Assembly (NCBI GenBank): GCA_038108555.1
Contig: JAYNIA010000001.1
Coordinates: 139,505-203,504, forward strand
DNA: 64,000 bases
Reading direction: 5' to 3'
From: Nitrospinota bacterium
Lineage (GTDB): Bacteria > Nitrospinota > Nitrospinia > Nitrospinales > VA-1
Part shown: positions 49,949-58,948 of the stretch, piece by piece
Layout: each line of letters opens with the position of its first letter
Position numbering within the stretch: position 1 is the stretch's first letter
The notes under the pieces: generated by a model
The model's input: only the letters and a program-made list of their open reading frames with translations
What the model was told of the DNA's origin: nothing
Database searches by the model: none
Program-made: the position numbers and the translations under genes

Positions 49949-51103
49949 ATGGCAGCATCCGACCATACTTATAAAAAACAAAACAGTTTTGTTGATATAA
50001 GCCATCAAAAATGCTTCGATGATATTGCTCCGCGGATTCGAGATTTAAAAGACCAATTGGATTCCCTTTCAATTTCCAACTATGAAAAGAAAATCATCCG
50101 ATCTGCTTGCTCAGAATTATTAAATGAAGCAGATTTGGAAGAGAATTTTGCTCCTTTTCAATTATTTTCTCACAACCTTGACGAAATTAATCAGTTGGAA
50201 GAAGGTGACCTTCCAAGATATTTATTTTATAGATACCGATACGAAACATTTCCCGAAAGGCTTCGCTTAGATGATTTTCCTCCCTGTCTTCAGATAGAAC
50301 CGGCCTCAATTTGCAATTATCGATGTCTGTTTTGCTATCAGATAGATGAAGAATTTACTCGCAAGAGTAATGGTATGATGGGAATGATGTCGCTTGACTT
50401 ATTTAAAAAACTTATAGATCAGGCAGAGGGAAAATGTGAAGCGATTACTCTTGCTTCGCGAGGGGAACCCCTTATCTGCCCTGACATAGAAGCCATGATA
50501 AGATATGCTGGTGGAAAATTCCTGGCTCTCAAAATAAACACCAATGCTTGGTTTTTGGACGAAAAACTTTGCCATGCAATTCTAGAGTCTGGAGTCAACA
50601 CATTGGTTTTTTCTGCAGATGCTGCCTCAGAACCCAACTACAGTAAATTGCGGGTAAATGGTTCGCTTCAAAGAGTATATGACAACATCAAATTATTTCA
50701 TAATATCCGTGAGAAATACTTTCCTGAATCAAAGATTATTACCCGGGTTTCAGGAGTGAAGGTTCCGGGCACGGACCAACTGAAAGATATGGAAAAGTTT
50801 TGGGGAGAACTTGTAGACCAGGTGGCATTCGTAAAATACAATCCTTGGGAAAACTCTTACAGTCAACCCGAGAATGACATAGAAGAGCCTTGTTCCGACC
50901 TTTGGCGGCGCATGTTTGTATGGTGGGATGGCAAAGTTAACCCCTGCGATGTTGATTTCAAATCCAATCTTTGCACAGGAAATGCCCTTTCAGAAACCCT
51001 GGGAGATTTATGGCAATCATCAGGTTATAAGGAACTCAGGGAGCGACATAAAGAGAAACAAAGATCACAAATGGAACCCTGTAATCGATGTACTTTTGTT
51101 TAG
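49949..51103 (+). CDS. Radical SAM protein with Twitch/SPASM domain
   Basis: CNYRCLFC, RGEP, NTNA; PCSDLW..DGKVNPCD..PCNRC. Confidence 0.9.
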   Translation: MAASDHTYKKQNSFVDISHQKCFDDIAPRIRDLKDQLDSLSISNYEKKIIRSACSELLNEADLEENFAPFQLFSHNLDEINQLEEGDLPRYLFYRYRYETFPERLRLDDFPPCLQIEPASICNYRCLFCYQIDEEFTRKSNGMMGMMSLDLFKKLIDQAEGKCEAITLASRGEPLICPDIEAMIRYAGGKFLALKINTNAWFLDEKLCHAILESGVNTLVFSADAASEPNYSKLRVNGSLQRVYDNIKLFHNIREKYFPESKIITRVSGVKVPGTDQLKDMEKFWGELVDQVAFVKYNPWENSYSQPENDIEEPCSDLWRRMFVWWDGKVNPCDVDFKSNLCTGNALSETLGDLWQSSGYKELRERHKEKQRSQMEPCNRCTFV

Positions 51104-51132
51104 ATTTTTCCCTAGAATAAATCCAAGCTGTC

Positions 51133-51879
51133 ATGTTTGAAAGCATTAAAGACAAAAAGGTATTGATTACCGGGGGCAGCGGAGGAATTGGTTCCTGCAT
51201 GTCCCTTTTGTTTGCCGAACAGGGTGCCCATGTTGGAATCCATTATAATGTGGGAGAGAAAGAGTCTTCAGAATTGGTGGATAAAATAAAAAAAATGGGG
51301 GTCAACAGCGCCGCTTTTCAAGCAGATCTAACGAAAGAATCCTGCCAATCCATTATTCCGGAATTTATTGATCAATTTGGAGGACTGGATGTACTCATCA
51401 ATAACGCCGGTGCGGCGATAGGTACCAAAGACATTCTGGATCTTGACGAAGATTCCTGGGACAAAACCTTTTCCCTGAATGCAAGAGCTCCTTTTTTTCT
51501 TGCTCAACAAGCTTTTAAGCATATGAAAGATCATGGGGGTGGAAAAATAATTAACATCAGCTCCATTTCTGTCAAGTATGGCGGCTCTTCAAAAACTCTA
51601 CATTATGGTGCAGCAAAATCCGCTTTGGAAACGGTTACCCTTGGCCTGTCAAAAGCAGGCGCGGGACATAATATTTTAGTAAACACTGTTCGTGGGGGTT
51701 ACATAGATACCCCCATGCATCAAAAGATGGGAAGAAAAAATCCGGAAGAGCGCATTAAACTAATTCCTTTAAAAAGAGCGGGGAAACCCAAGGACATGGC
51801 AGGCATGGTTCTTTTCCTGGCTTCAGATTCCGGTAATTTTATTACAGGTGAAACTTTTACGGTTGCGGGCGGAGATTGA
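51133..51879 (+). CDS. Classical SDR oxidoreductase
   Basis: TGGSGGIG, NNAG, NISS, YGAAK. Confidence 0.92.
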   Translation: MFESIKDKKVLITGGSGGIGSCMSLLFAEQGAHVGIHYNVGEKESSELVDKIKKMGVNSAAFQADLTKESCQSIIPEFIDQFGGLDVLINNAGAAIGTKDILDLDEDSWDKTFSLNARAPFFLAQQAFKHMKDHGGGKIINISSISVKYGGSSKTLHYGAAKSALETVTLGLSKAGAGHNILVNTVRGGYIDTPMHQKMGRKNPEERIKLIPLKRAGKPKDMAGMVLFLASDSGNFITGETFTVAGGD

Positions 51880-51900
51880 ACTCGCTAGGAAAATGGTGCA

Positions 51901-52665
51901 ATGAATATTACAATCAACCGAGCTGTTTTTCTGGATTTCGATGGGGTTTTGTTTGATACCGTTCGCGAAGCATATGCTGTGTCTATGATGGCCCTTAACC
52001 CTTCAGAAAGAATTGAAGACATTGACTTCGAGTCAAAACATTTTAAAGATTTCAACCAACTTAGATACCTGGTGGGTCCTGCATGGAATTATTATTATGT
52101 AATGCAGACCATCAATAATGATTCCCTTCCCGAAAACGAACTGGATATAGAGTATAAAAAGTTAATTGGCCAACAAAAACAGGTAGAATATAACGCGTTT
52201 GAAAAAAATTTCTTCCACGCCCGGGAAATACTTAGGGAAAATGACCACGACCAATGGTTATCAATGACCTGTCCTTATAATATTGTGGAAAATTTAAGGA
52301 AAATAATTAATGAATATAGTGAACAATTTTTTCTTGTGACCACCCGGGACAGGGAATCGGTAAAAGATCTTTTAACTTTGCATAATCTGGATATTCCGGA
52401 AAGCAACCTCTTTGCAAAAACCGATTATGAATCCCATAAATCCAAAAGAAAAATTATTCAAAACCTGATTGATAAATTTCAAATTGAAGAAGCTTTATTT
52501 ATTGATGACCTGGAAGAGCATCTCGTTTCTTGTAGCACCATTGACGGGTTATCCACTATCCAAGCTAAATGGGGATATGTTATCCCATCAAAAAAAGAAG
52601 ATAACAGCGCATCCCTATTACAAGAACTAGCAAGATTCATTCAGGGGGAAAATGTTCGGGCTTGA
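51901..52665 (+). CDS. HAD-superfamily hydrolase
   Basis: FLDFDGVLFD (motif I), VTTR, FIDD (motif IV). Confidence 0.8.
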   Translation: MNITINRAVFLDFDGVLFDTVREAYAVSMMALNPSERIEDIDFESKHFKDFNQLRYLVGPAWNYYYVMQTINNDSLPENELDIEYKKLIGQQKQVEYNAFEKNFFHAREILRENDHDQWLSMTCPYNIVENLRKIINEYSEQFFLVTTRDRESVKDLLTLHNLDIPESNLFAKTDYESHKSKRKIIQNLIDKFQIEEALFIDDLEEHLVSCSTIDGLSTIQAKWGYVIPSKKEDNSASLLQELARFIQGENVRA

Positions 52666-53422
52666 ACAAAAACTTTTCGACCAACTGGTCCGGTTGAAGG
52701 AAAAATTTGATCTGCAGGGAATTAAGGCAGAATTTGAAGCAGAAGGTTCTTCATTCAGGGATTTGGTAAGACTCCGGAGAATCACCGACAAGTTGGATAT
52801 CCCCCTACATTTAAAAATTGGTGGTGTTGAAGCCCTCCGCGATATTAAAGACTCTTTGGAAATCGGGGTCGATGGTCTCATTGCCCCAATGGTAGAAAGT
52901 TGCTTTGGCCTGAAAAAATTTATTGATGGAGTTGATTCCATATACCAGGGCACCGATGTTCATTTATCCATAAATATTGAAACACAACAGGCTGTTAGCA
53001 ACCTGAAAGAAATACTAAAATTGGGAAAAGGGAAAATTGACAATATTACAGTTGGTAGAACCGACCTCAGCGCTTCCTATTTTGACCCAAAAATAATTCC
53101 AGACAGTGATTTTATTTTTGGTCTACTGGAAGAAATTGGAAACGACGTTTCAAGCTCTGAAATGAAAATGACGGTGGGGGGAAGTGTAAGCAAAAAAAGC
53201 ATAGAGCGGTTTGGGCGCGATACCGAAAAATGGCCCCGGCTCATTCACAGGCTTGAAACCCGAAAGGTGATTTTACCCACAAAAGTCATGCTGGAAGACA
53301 AAAACAGTATTGCCGAAGCCCTCAGGTTCGAAGAGCTTTACATTTTATCAAAGAAAGAAATCAGCGATTTGTTTATGAAATCAGAAACTGCGCGGCTCAC
53401 GCGGTTAAAAATGAGGTCCTGA
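52652..53422 (+). CDS. HpcH/HpaI aldolase / citrate-lyase-like TIM barrel
   Basis: KIGGVEA, DGLIAPMVES, INIET, VGRTDLS. Confidence 0.75.
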   Translation: MFGLEQKLFDQLVRLKEKFDLQGIKAEFEAEGSSFRDLVRLRRITDKLDIPLHLKIGGVEALRDIKDSLEIGVDGLIAPMVESCFGLKKFIDGVDSIYQGTDVHLSINIETQQAVSNLKEILKLGKGKIDNITVGRTDLSASYFDPKIIPDSDFIFGLLEEIGNDVSSSEMKMTVGGSVSKKSIERFGRDTEKWPRLIHRLETRKVILPTKVMLEDKNSIAEALRFEELYILSKKEISDLFMKSETARLTRLKMRS

Positions 53423-53424
53423 TT

Positions 53425-54084
53425 ATGTCTGATAATTTTGCCGTGGTGATTCCTGCCTTGGACAGCAACCAATACTATGCCGAAGGTGACTTGGTACAGT
53501 TCGGGGATACAACCCTGCTGGAATGGAAAATAGCGCAAATACTGGGCATAACCAGTAAAGAAAAAATATTTATATCCACACCCTCGGAAAAAATAATCGA
53601 TCTCGCAAAAAGTTATGGGGTGAATTTCGTAAAAAGGGGCATGGGGTCGGATCCTTCGCAGTGGATAAAAGAAAGCGTTGACCCCATTGAAAGCGATTAC
53701 GTCCTATGGACTCATGCAACTTCGCCCTTCATCTCAGCCGGTGACTACCGCAAAATGCTCGATACATTCTTCGACCTTCCCAACGACCACGACAGTTTGA
53801 TTACGGTTTTCAAGGAGCAGGAATATATAATTTTCCAAAATAAACCTTTAAATTTTGATGTGGGGAAATTTAAAGGCCGAAAAGAGATTGAGCCGGTTTA
53901 TAGAAATACAAATGGATGTTATATAACTCCGCGCGAAAATTATCGTCAAAATAGAATCTATTTTGGGGAGAAACCTTTTTATTACGAAGTTGACAAATTG
54001 ACCTCTTTGGAAATCAAAGATATTGACCATTACGAAATGGCCTTAAATCTTCTTTCTCTGTATTTCAAAACCAAGGAAATTTGA
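53425..54084 (+). CDS. Divergent acylneuraminate cytidylyltransferase-like protein
   Basis: VIPA, FIST, HATSPF, EIKD; lacks the RxGSKxxxxKN loop. Confidence 0.7.
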   Translation: MSDNFAVVIPALDSNQYYAEGDLVQFGDTTLLEWKIAQILGITSKEKIFISTPSEKIIDLAKSYGVNFVKRGMGSDPSQWIKESVDPIESDYVLWTHATSPFISAGDYRKMLDTFFDLPNDHDSLITVFKEQEYIIFQNKPLNFDVGKFKGRKEIEPVYRNTNGCYITPRENYRQNRIYFGEKPFYYEVDKLTSLEIKDIDHYEMALNLLSLYFKTKEI

Positions 54085-54803
54085 TGGAGAGTTCCCTTCT
54101 TACGGTTGCTTTAATTACAGGGAGAGGCAACAATACGCTTAAGGACAAAAATATTCGCGAAGTTTGCGGAAAACCCCTTCTAACCTACCCTGCCCAGGCG
54201 GCTCGAAAATGTGATTTTATTAATCAATTTTTCGTTAGTAGCGATGATGAAAAAATCCTTTCTATCGGGCAGGATTGTGGTTATAAAAAAATCAAACGCC
54301 CTGAAGAGCTGGGCCAACCTGACGCGAAACATGTCGATGTCATCATTCATTCCCTAGAAGAAATGAAAAAGGAGAATATCGAACCTGACATCCTGATTGT
54401 TTTGCTGGCCAATACCGTTTGCGTAAAACAGGAATGGATCGAAGAATGCACCCGGGAAATTTTTGCGGATCCTACACTCTCAGCAGTGGTGCCTGTGATA
54501 TCAGATTTAGACCACCACCCTTTTAGGGCAAAAAAGAGAGATGAAAATGGCCTTCTCGAATCTTTTTTTGATTTCGGGGATCGTGAAATTTCTTCAAATC
54601 GACAGGAGATCGGGGATTGTTTTTTCCTTTGCCATAATTTCTGGGTATTAAATGTTAAAGAGTCAATACAAAAAAATGATGGCCAACCTCCCTGGAAATT
54701 TATGGGAAATAAGGTCAAACCTTACGAAATAGATTGGTCCATTGATGTTCACACCGAAGAAGATCTGGTTAAAAGCGAGAAATGGGTATTGGAAAATCTA
54801 TAG
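54084..54803 (+). CDS. Acylneuraminate cytidylyltransferase-like protein
   Basis: TGRGNNTLKDKN, VSSDD, RPEEL, HHPFRAK, IDVHTEED. Confidence 0.82.
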   Translation: MESSLLTVALITGRGNNTLKDKNIREVCGKPLLTYPAQAARKCDFINQFFVSSDDEKILSIGQDCGYKKIKRPEELGQPDAKHVDVIIHSLEEMKKENIEPDILIVLLANTVCVKQEWIEECTREIFADPTLSAVVPVISDLDHHPFRAKKRDENGLLESFFDFGDREISSNRQEIGDCFFLCHNFWVLNVKESIQKNDGQPPWKFMGNKVKPYEIDWSIDVHTEEDLVKSEKWVLENL

Positions 54804-54857
54804 ATATCTAATTTAATCCTAACACTTGTTTGCCTTCCGAACTTAATAATCCTGATA

Positions 54858-56429
54858 ATGTCCAACGACCCATTAGAACAAGAAAGTCCTGTCCCGCCCG
54901 ATTTTTCCCTGGCCGACAAAGAAAGGTTAAAAATTGAAAACCCACGATTAAAGAAACTTTACGACTATTTATCAGAAGTCGCAAAGAATTCCTACAGCGA
55001 TCCACATTTGTTATCCAATGCCGTATTTTCCAAATGTGACTTACCCCTTCCCGCCCTCAACAAATACCTGGCAGAACAGGAATGTGAAAAATTTTCATTC
55101 TCATCTTCTTTTAAAAAGTTGGTTATGTATTTCTCCAAAAGCATTGCCTGGTATTTTATTTTTCTTGCACAAAAAGTGGCCCACAAAGTATCCCGACAAA
55201 AGTTTTCCCTCATACCTGACAAGTCACTAACACTGATTGATATTTTTCTCGTTCCCGAACAAATTGTCCGTAACGCAGAATTAACAGACAGGTTTTTTCC
55301 AGGACTTGAAAAGGAGCTGATAGCTAAAGGGCGGAGTTATGCTTACGCTCCTAAATTTTCAGGAGAAGACAATCCTTTAACCTATTACAAAATGTTTTGT
55401 CTGTTAAAAAATAAAAAGCGGCCAGTTCTCACCAGTTTCCAGCTTTTGGAAGCGTCGGACTATTTAAAAATGCTTGGATTTATTTTGATATATCCCATGA
55501 AAGTTCTTCGAAAAATAAATAAACTGAAAAATTCCACTGAAGAAAACCTTCTTCGATTATTTCTTTGGAGCACTTTAGACCACACCACAGTTAAAAGTTA
55601 TATGAGACAGCTTTTTGGTAAACGTATTTCCGATATGAATAATCCTTCAGTGAAATGCATCAGCTGGTACGAAAACCAACCCCAGGACAAAAATTTTTAC
55701 AAGGGGTTAAGATCTAAACATTCAGATATGCAGATTTTTGGCGCGCAACTTTATCTTTGGCCCGCCACCCTCTTAAATTTGCATGCAGATGGGAATGAAA
55801 GCAGTTTTGGTCTTATCCCCAACCGTATTCTGGTGAATGGAACCTACTATCTCAATAAAGACAGTTCTCTTGAGTTTGAGGTGGGACCCTCCATGAGGTA
55901 TTCACGATTATTCCAAATCAAAGTGGACCCAAAGAATAAAACGAGCCTTTTGGTACTCATGCCATTTTTTGAACATGAAATTGATAAAATACTCGAAATG
56001 ATTGAAGATGCAAATTTCTCTGTTGAAATATTTGTAAAATTCCATCCTGCCACTGACAAAAATAAATATGCCCATAGAATGAAAAATAAAATGGAAATTA
56101 TAGAAGATGATATCTATTCCCTGTTTGAACGTGTAGGTTGCGTCATCGGGAAGTCCACGGGAGCACTGGTAGAAGCAACCAGTATGGGAATTCCAGTTAT
56201 AGACATCGACACCGGATCCGGGGTGAGCCACAATTATCTACCCGAGTTTGGCAAAGGTATCATTTGGGAAAAGGCTTCCACGGGCGTAGAAATTGCAAAA
56301 TGGACTCAAATCTTTAGCTCCCTCATAATAACCCATCCAGAATTAATTCATTCCATCGCCGAAAAACATAAGGAAATGTTTTTTTGTGAGCCCACGGATG
56401 AAATAATTGAAAAATCATTTAAATTGTAA
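54858..56429 (+). CDS. Hypothetical protein, probable GT-B-like transferase
   Basis: WYENQ, GAQ, GPSMRY, VKFHP (HP motif), STGALVEA..GIPV. Confidence 0.55.
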   Translation: MSNDPLEQESPVPPDFSLADKERLKIENPRLKKLYDYLSEVAKNSYSDPHLLSNAVFSKCDLPLPALNKYLAEQECEKFSFSSSFKKLVMYFSKSIAWYFIFLAQKVAHKVSRQKFSLIPDKSLTLIDIFLVPEQIVRNAELTDRFFPGLEKELIAKGRSYAYAPKFSGEDNPLTYYKMFCLLKNKKRPVLTSFQLLEASDYLKMLGFILIYPMKVLRKINKLKNSTEENLLRLFLWSTLDHTTVKSYMRQLFGKRISDMNNPSVKCISWYENQPQDKNFYKGLRSKHSDMQIFGAQLYLWPATLLNLHADGNESSFGLIPNRILVNGTYYLNKDSSLEFEVGPSMRYSRLFQIKVDPKNKTSLLVLMPFFEHEIDKILEMIEDANFSVEIFVKFHPATDKNKYAHRMKNKMEIIEDDIYSLFERVGCVIGKSTGALVEATSMGIPVIDIDTGSGVSHNYLPEFGKGIIWEKASTGVEIAKWTQIFSSLIITHPELIHSIAEKHKEMFFCEPTDEIIEKSFKL

Positions 56430-56436
56430 ATTTTCT

Positions 56437-56446
56437 CCCCCCCCCC
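56437..56446. repeat. C10 homopolymer in intergenic DNA
   Basis: Ten consecutive C in AT-rich DNA, about 110 bp upstream of the rSAM gene at 56556. Confidence 0.85.
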
Positions 56447-56555
56447 TTCCCATTTGTCAATCTACCCCGGCGGCCTTTTAGTCCTTTAATCATTGATATC
56501 CCTAGCGTTGAAAAAATTTTTGTTGCATAATATGACTTAATTTTTATGTAGAGGA

Positions 56556-58136
56556 ATGATGGGCATTAAAGTACTTTTTATTTATCCCAACACGTACGGC
56601 ATGAATATGCTGCCCCCGGCGATAGCTTTATTTTCAGCCTTGTTGAAAGATCGCGGGCATTCTGTGGATCTTTTTGATGCCACCTATTACCAGACGGATC
56701 ATGGTATTGACTCAGATGGAACCAAAGCCGAGCGCCTCAATGTGGTTCCCTTTAGCCCGAGCGAAAAGGGCATCAAAATGCGTGAGACGAATTGGGCTGA
56801 TGATATTGCGGACAAGGTAGAATCTTTTCAACCCGACTTAATAGCACTTTCAACTACCGAAGATATGTGGTTGCTGGGCGTTAGAATGCTCGACGAGATT
56901 AGAGAACACATCACCCGTCACAAAATACCTGTCATTGTTGGTGGAGTTTTTCCCACATTTGCGCCTGAAATCGTTATCAAACACGACCTCGTCGATATGG
57001 TTTGTGTGGGCGAAGGGGAAAATACCATGATTGACTTATGCGACCGAATTGAAAAAGGGAATCCCTGGGATGATGTCACCAACATATGGGTCAAGAAGAA
57101 AGATGGTTCAATTACCAAAAACCCCATCTCAAATTCCTTCGATATCAACGATACTCCTATTATAGACATCGACCTTTTCGAAGAGCAGCGTTTATATCGT
57201 CCTATGGCCGGCAAGTGGTACAAAATGATGCCTGTTGAAACCATTAGAGGATGCCCGTATAAATGCACCTTCTGCAATTCTCCTGACCAAACCACCCTGT
57301 ACAATGAAAAAACGGACTCCAGGTTTTTTCGAAAAAAAGACCTCAAGCTGGTCTACAAGGAACTAAAACATTTCAAAGAAAACTATGGAGTGGAATACAA
57401 TTATTTCTGGGCAGACACCTTTCTCTCCTGGAACGACAGGGAGTTCGATGAGTTTTGTGAAATGTATGCCGATATCGGGCTTCCCTTTTGGATGCAAACG
57501 CGCCCGGAAACCATCACCGAATATAAAATAAAACAGCTGGTCAAGGTCGGGTTACATCGCATCTCATTTGGATTGGAACATGGTAATACCGAGTTTCGCA
57601 GGAAACTCCTCAAACGCGAATGGAAAAACCAAGCCATCATTGAAGCGTTAAGAATACCCGCACGTCACGGGGTCCCCTTCAGTGTAAATAACATTACCGG
57701 CTTCCCAACTGAAACCCGCGAACTTGCAATGGATACGATTGAGCTGAACCGGCACATTGAATCACACAATCAAAACCTATACTCCTTTGTTCCTTTCCAT
57801 GGAACACCGCTTCGCAAATTATGTGAAGATTTGGGACTGGTAACTCCGGATACGATTACGAAGGCACTTACCGACAAACCGATGCTGGATCAAAAAGATT
57901 ACACTCCGGCAGAAATTGAAGGCCTGCAGAAATGTTTTGTCTATTATGTGAAGTTGCCAAAAAGCAGGTGGAAGGATATAGAAAGAGCGGAGAAAAACAC
58001 TCCCGAAGGTGAAAAGATTTTTGCGGAACTAAAACAGGAATACACAGAAAGATACTTAACTCCGACCCAGCCCACCTCAAATAAAGAGTCTCATAATTCT
58101 GCCGATCTGGAATATGGCATGGAGTATACGAGTTAG
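56556..58136 (+). CDS. B12-binding-domain radical SAM enzyme
   Basis: PPAIALF, GGVFPT, VGEGE, RGCPYKCTFC, ADTF, GLEHG, ITGFPTET. Confidence 0.92.
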   Translation: MMGIKVLFIYPNTYGMNMLPPAIALFSALLKDRGHSVDLFDATYYQTDHGIDSDGTKAERLNVVPFSPSEKGIKMRETNWADDIADKVESFQPDLIALSTTEDMWLLGVRMLDEIREHITRHKIPVIVGGVFPTFAPEIVIKHDLVDMVCVGEGENTMIDLCDRIEKGNPWDDVTNIWVKKKDGSITKNPISNSFDINDTPIIDIDLFEEQRLYRPMAGKWYKMMPVETIRGCPYKCTFCNSPDQTTLYNEKTDSRFFRKKDLKLVYKELKHFKENYGVEYNYFWADTFLSWNDREFDEFCEMYADIGLPFWMQTRPETITEYKIKQLVKVGLHRISFGLEHGNTEFRRKLLKREWKNQAIIEALRIPARHGVPFSVNNITGFPTETRELAMDTIELNRHIESHNQNLYSFVPFHGTPLRKLCEDLGLVTPDTITKALTDKPMLDQKDYTPAEIEGLQKCFVYYVKLPKSRWKDIERAEKNTPEGEKIFAELKQEYTERYLTPTQPTSNKESHNSADLEYGMEYTS

Positions 58137-58159
58137 AATCCCATCAAATCAGGTTACGT

Positions 58160-58948
58160 ATGAATTATTATTTCTTGCCTCAAATCGAGGGGTTAAGAAG
58201 CGTCCTAACCATTTCAAACTTTCCATGCATCCAGGAAAAACATCCGTGGTATTTGAATCAATTTATTTATGCGGCCTGGGATGATAGCTCTTCCTGGCAG
58301 GTCAGGCGATTAAAAAGTATTTCCGCCGGGCAGTCGTTAGAAATTTGTTTTGAAAACCTTCCTGGAGATTTTCCAAAAGAAGCCACCCCTTTTTTTTTTC
58401 TTTACCCAAAAGAACTTCCTGAAATATTAGACCGGCTTATCGTATCTGATTTAATGAACACAGAACCCAATTGGAGGTCCAACATCAGAATCTCGTCACC
58501 AACCACATCTACAAGTTACCAGGGGGAGTACCCGGGAGAAATGATTCAAATTAAAAAAGGCTCCCTATTGAGCTTTGGCCCCCTTAGCCAAGTGGGACCG
58601 GGTTTAGCAACAAAATTTATTTTTTCCAATTTAAAAGCAGAACCCGGTAGCGCATCAGGGAAGATCCGATTTGCACAAATGAACAAAAAGAAAATCTTAC
58701 TGGAAACAGAAGTGCACCAAAACCGATGTACTGTGATCGACATTTCTGATCTTGATATTGATGAATCTAGCCCGCTTTGTGCCATTTCCGACGATCTTAC
58801 GGGTATTCCCGTATACCTGACCCATGATGCGGATTGCAAAAAAATGAGTCTGGAACACACCCATGCTCCCATGGAAATTCTAACGTTTGGGGATCGAAGA
58901 ATATTCCAAAGGAACATGAAATCCTGGTGGTCCGAAAACACAAAATGA
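58160..58948 (+). CDS. Hypothetical protein
   Basis: 262-aa ORF in operon context; SYQGEYP and SLEHTH segments; family not recognised. Confidence 0.75.
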   Translation: MNYYFLPQIEGLRSVLTISNFPCIQEKHPWYLNQFIYAAWDDSSSWQVRRLKSISAGQSLEICFENLPGDFPKEATPFFFLYPKELPEILDRLIVSDLMNTEPNWRSNIRISSPTTSTSYQGEYPGEMIQIKKGSLLSFGPLSQVGPGLATKFIFSNLKAEPGSASGKIRFAQMNKKKILLETEVHQNRCTVIDISDLDIDESSPLCAISDDLTGIPVYLTHDADCKKMSLEHTHAPMEILTFGDRRIFQRNMKSWWSENTK

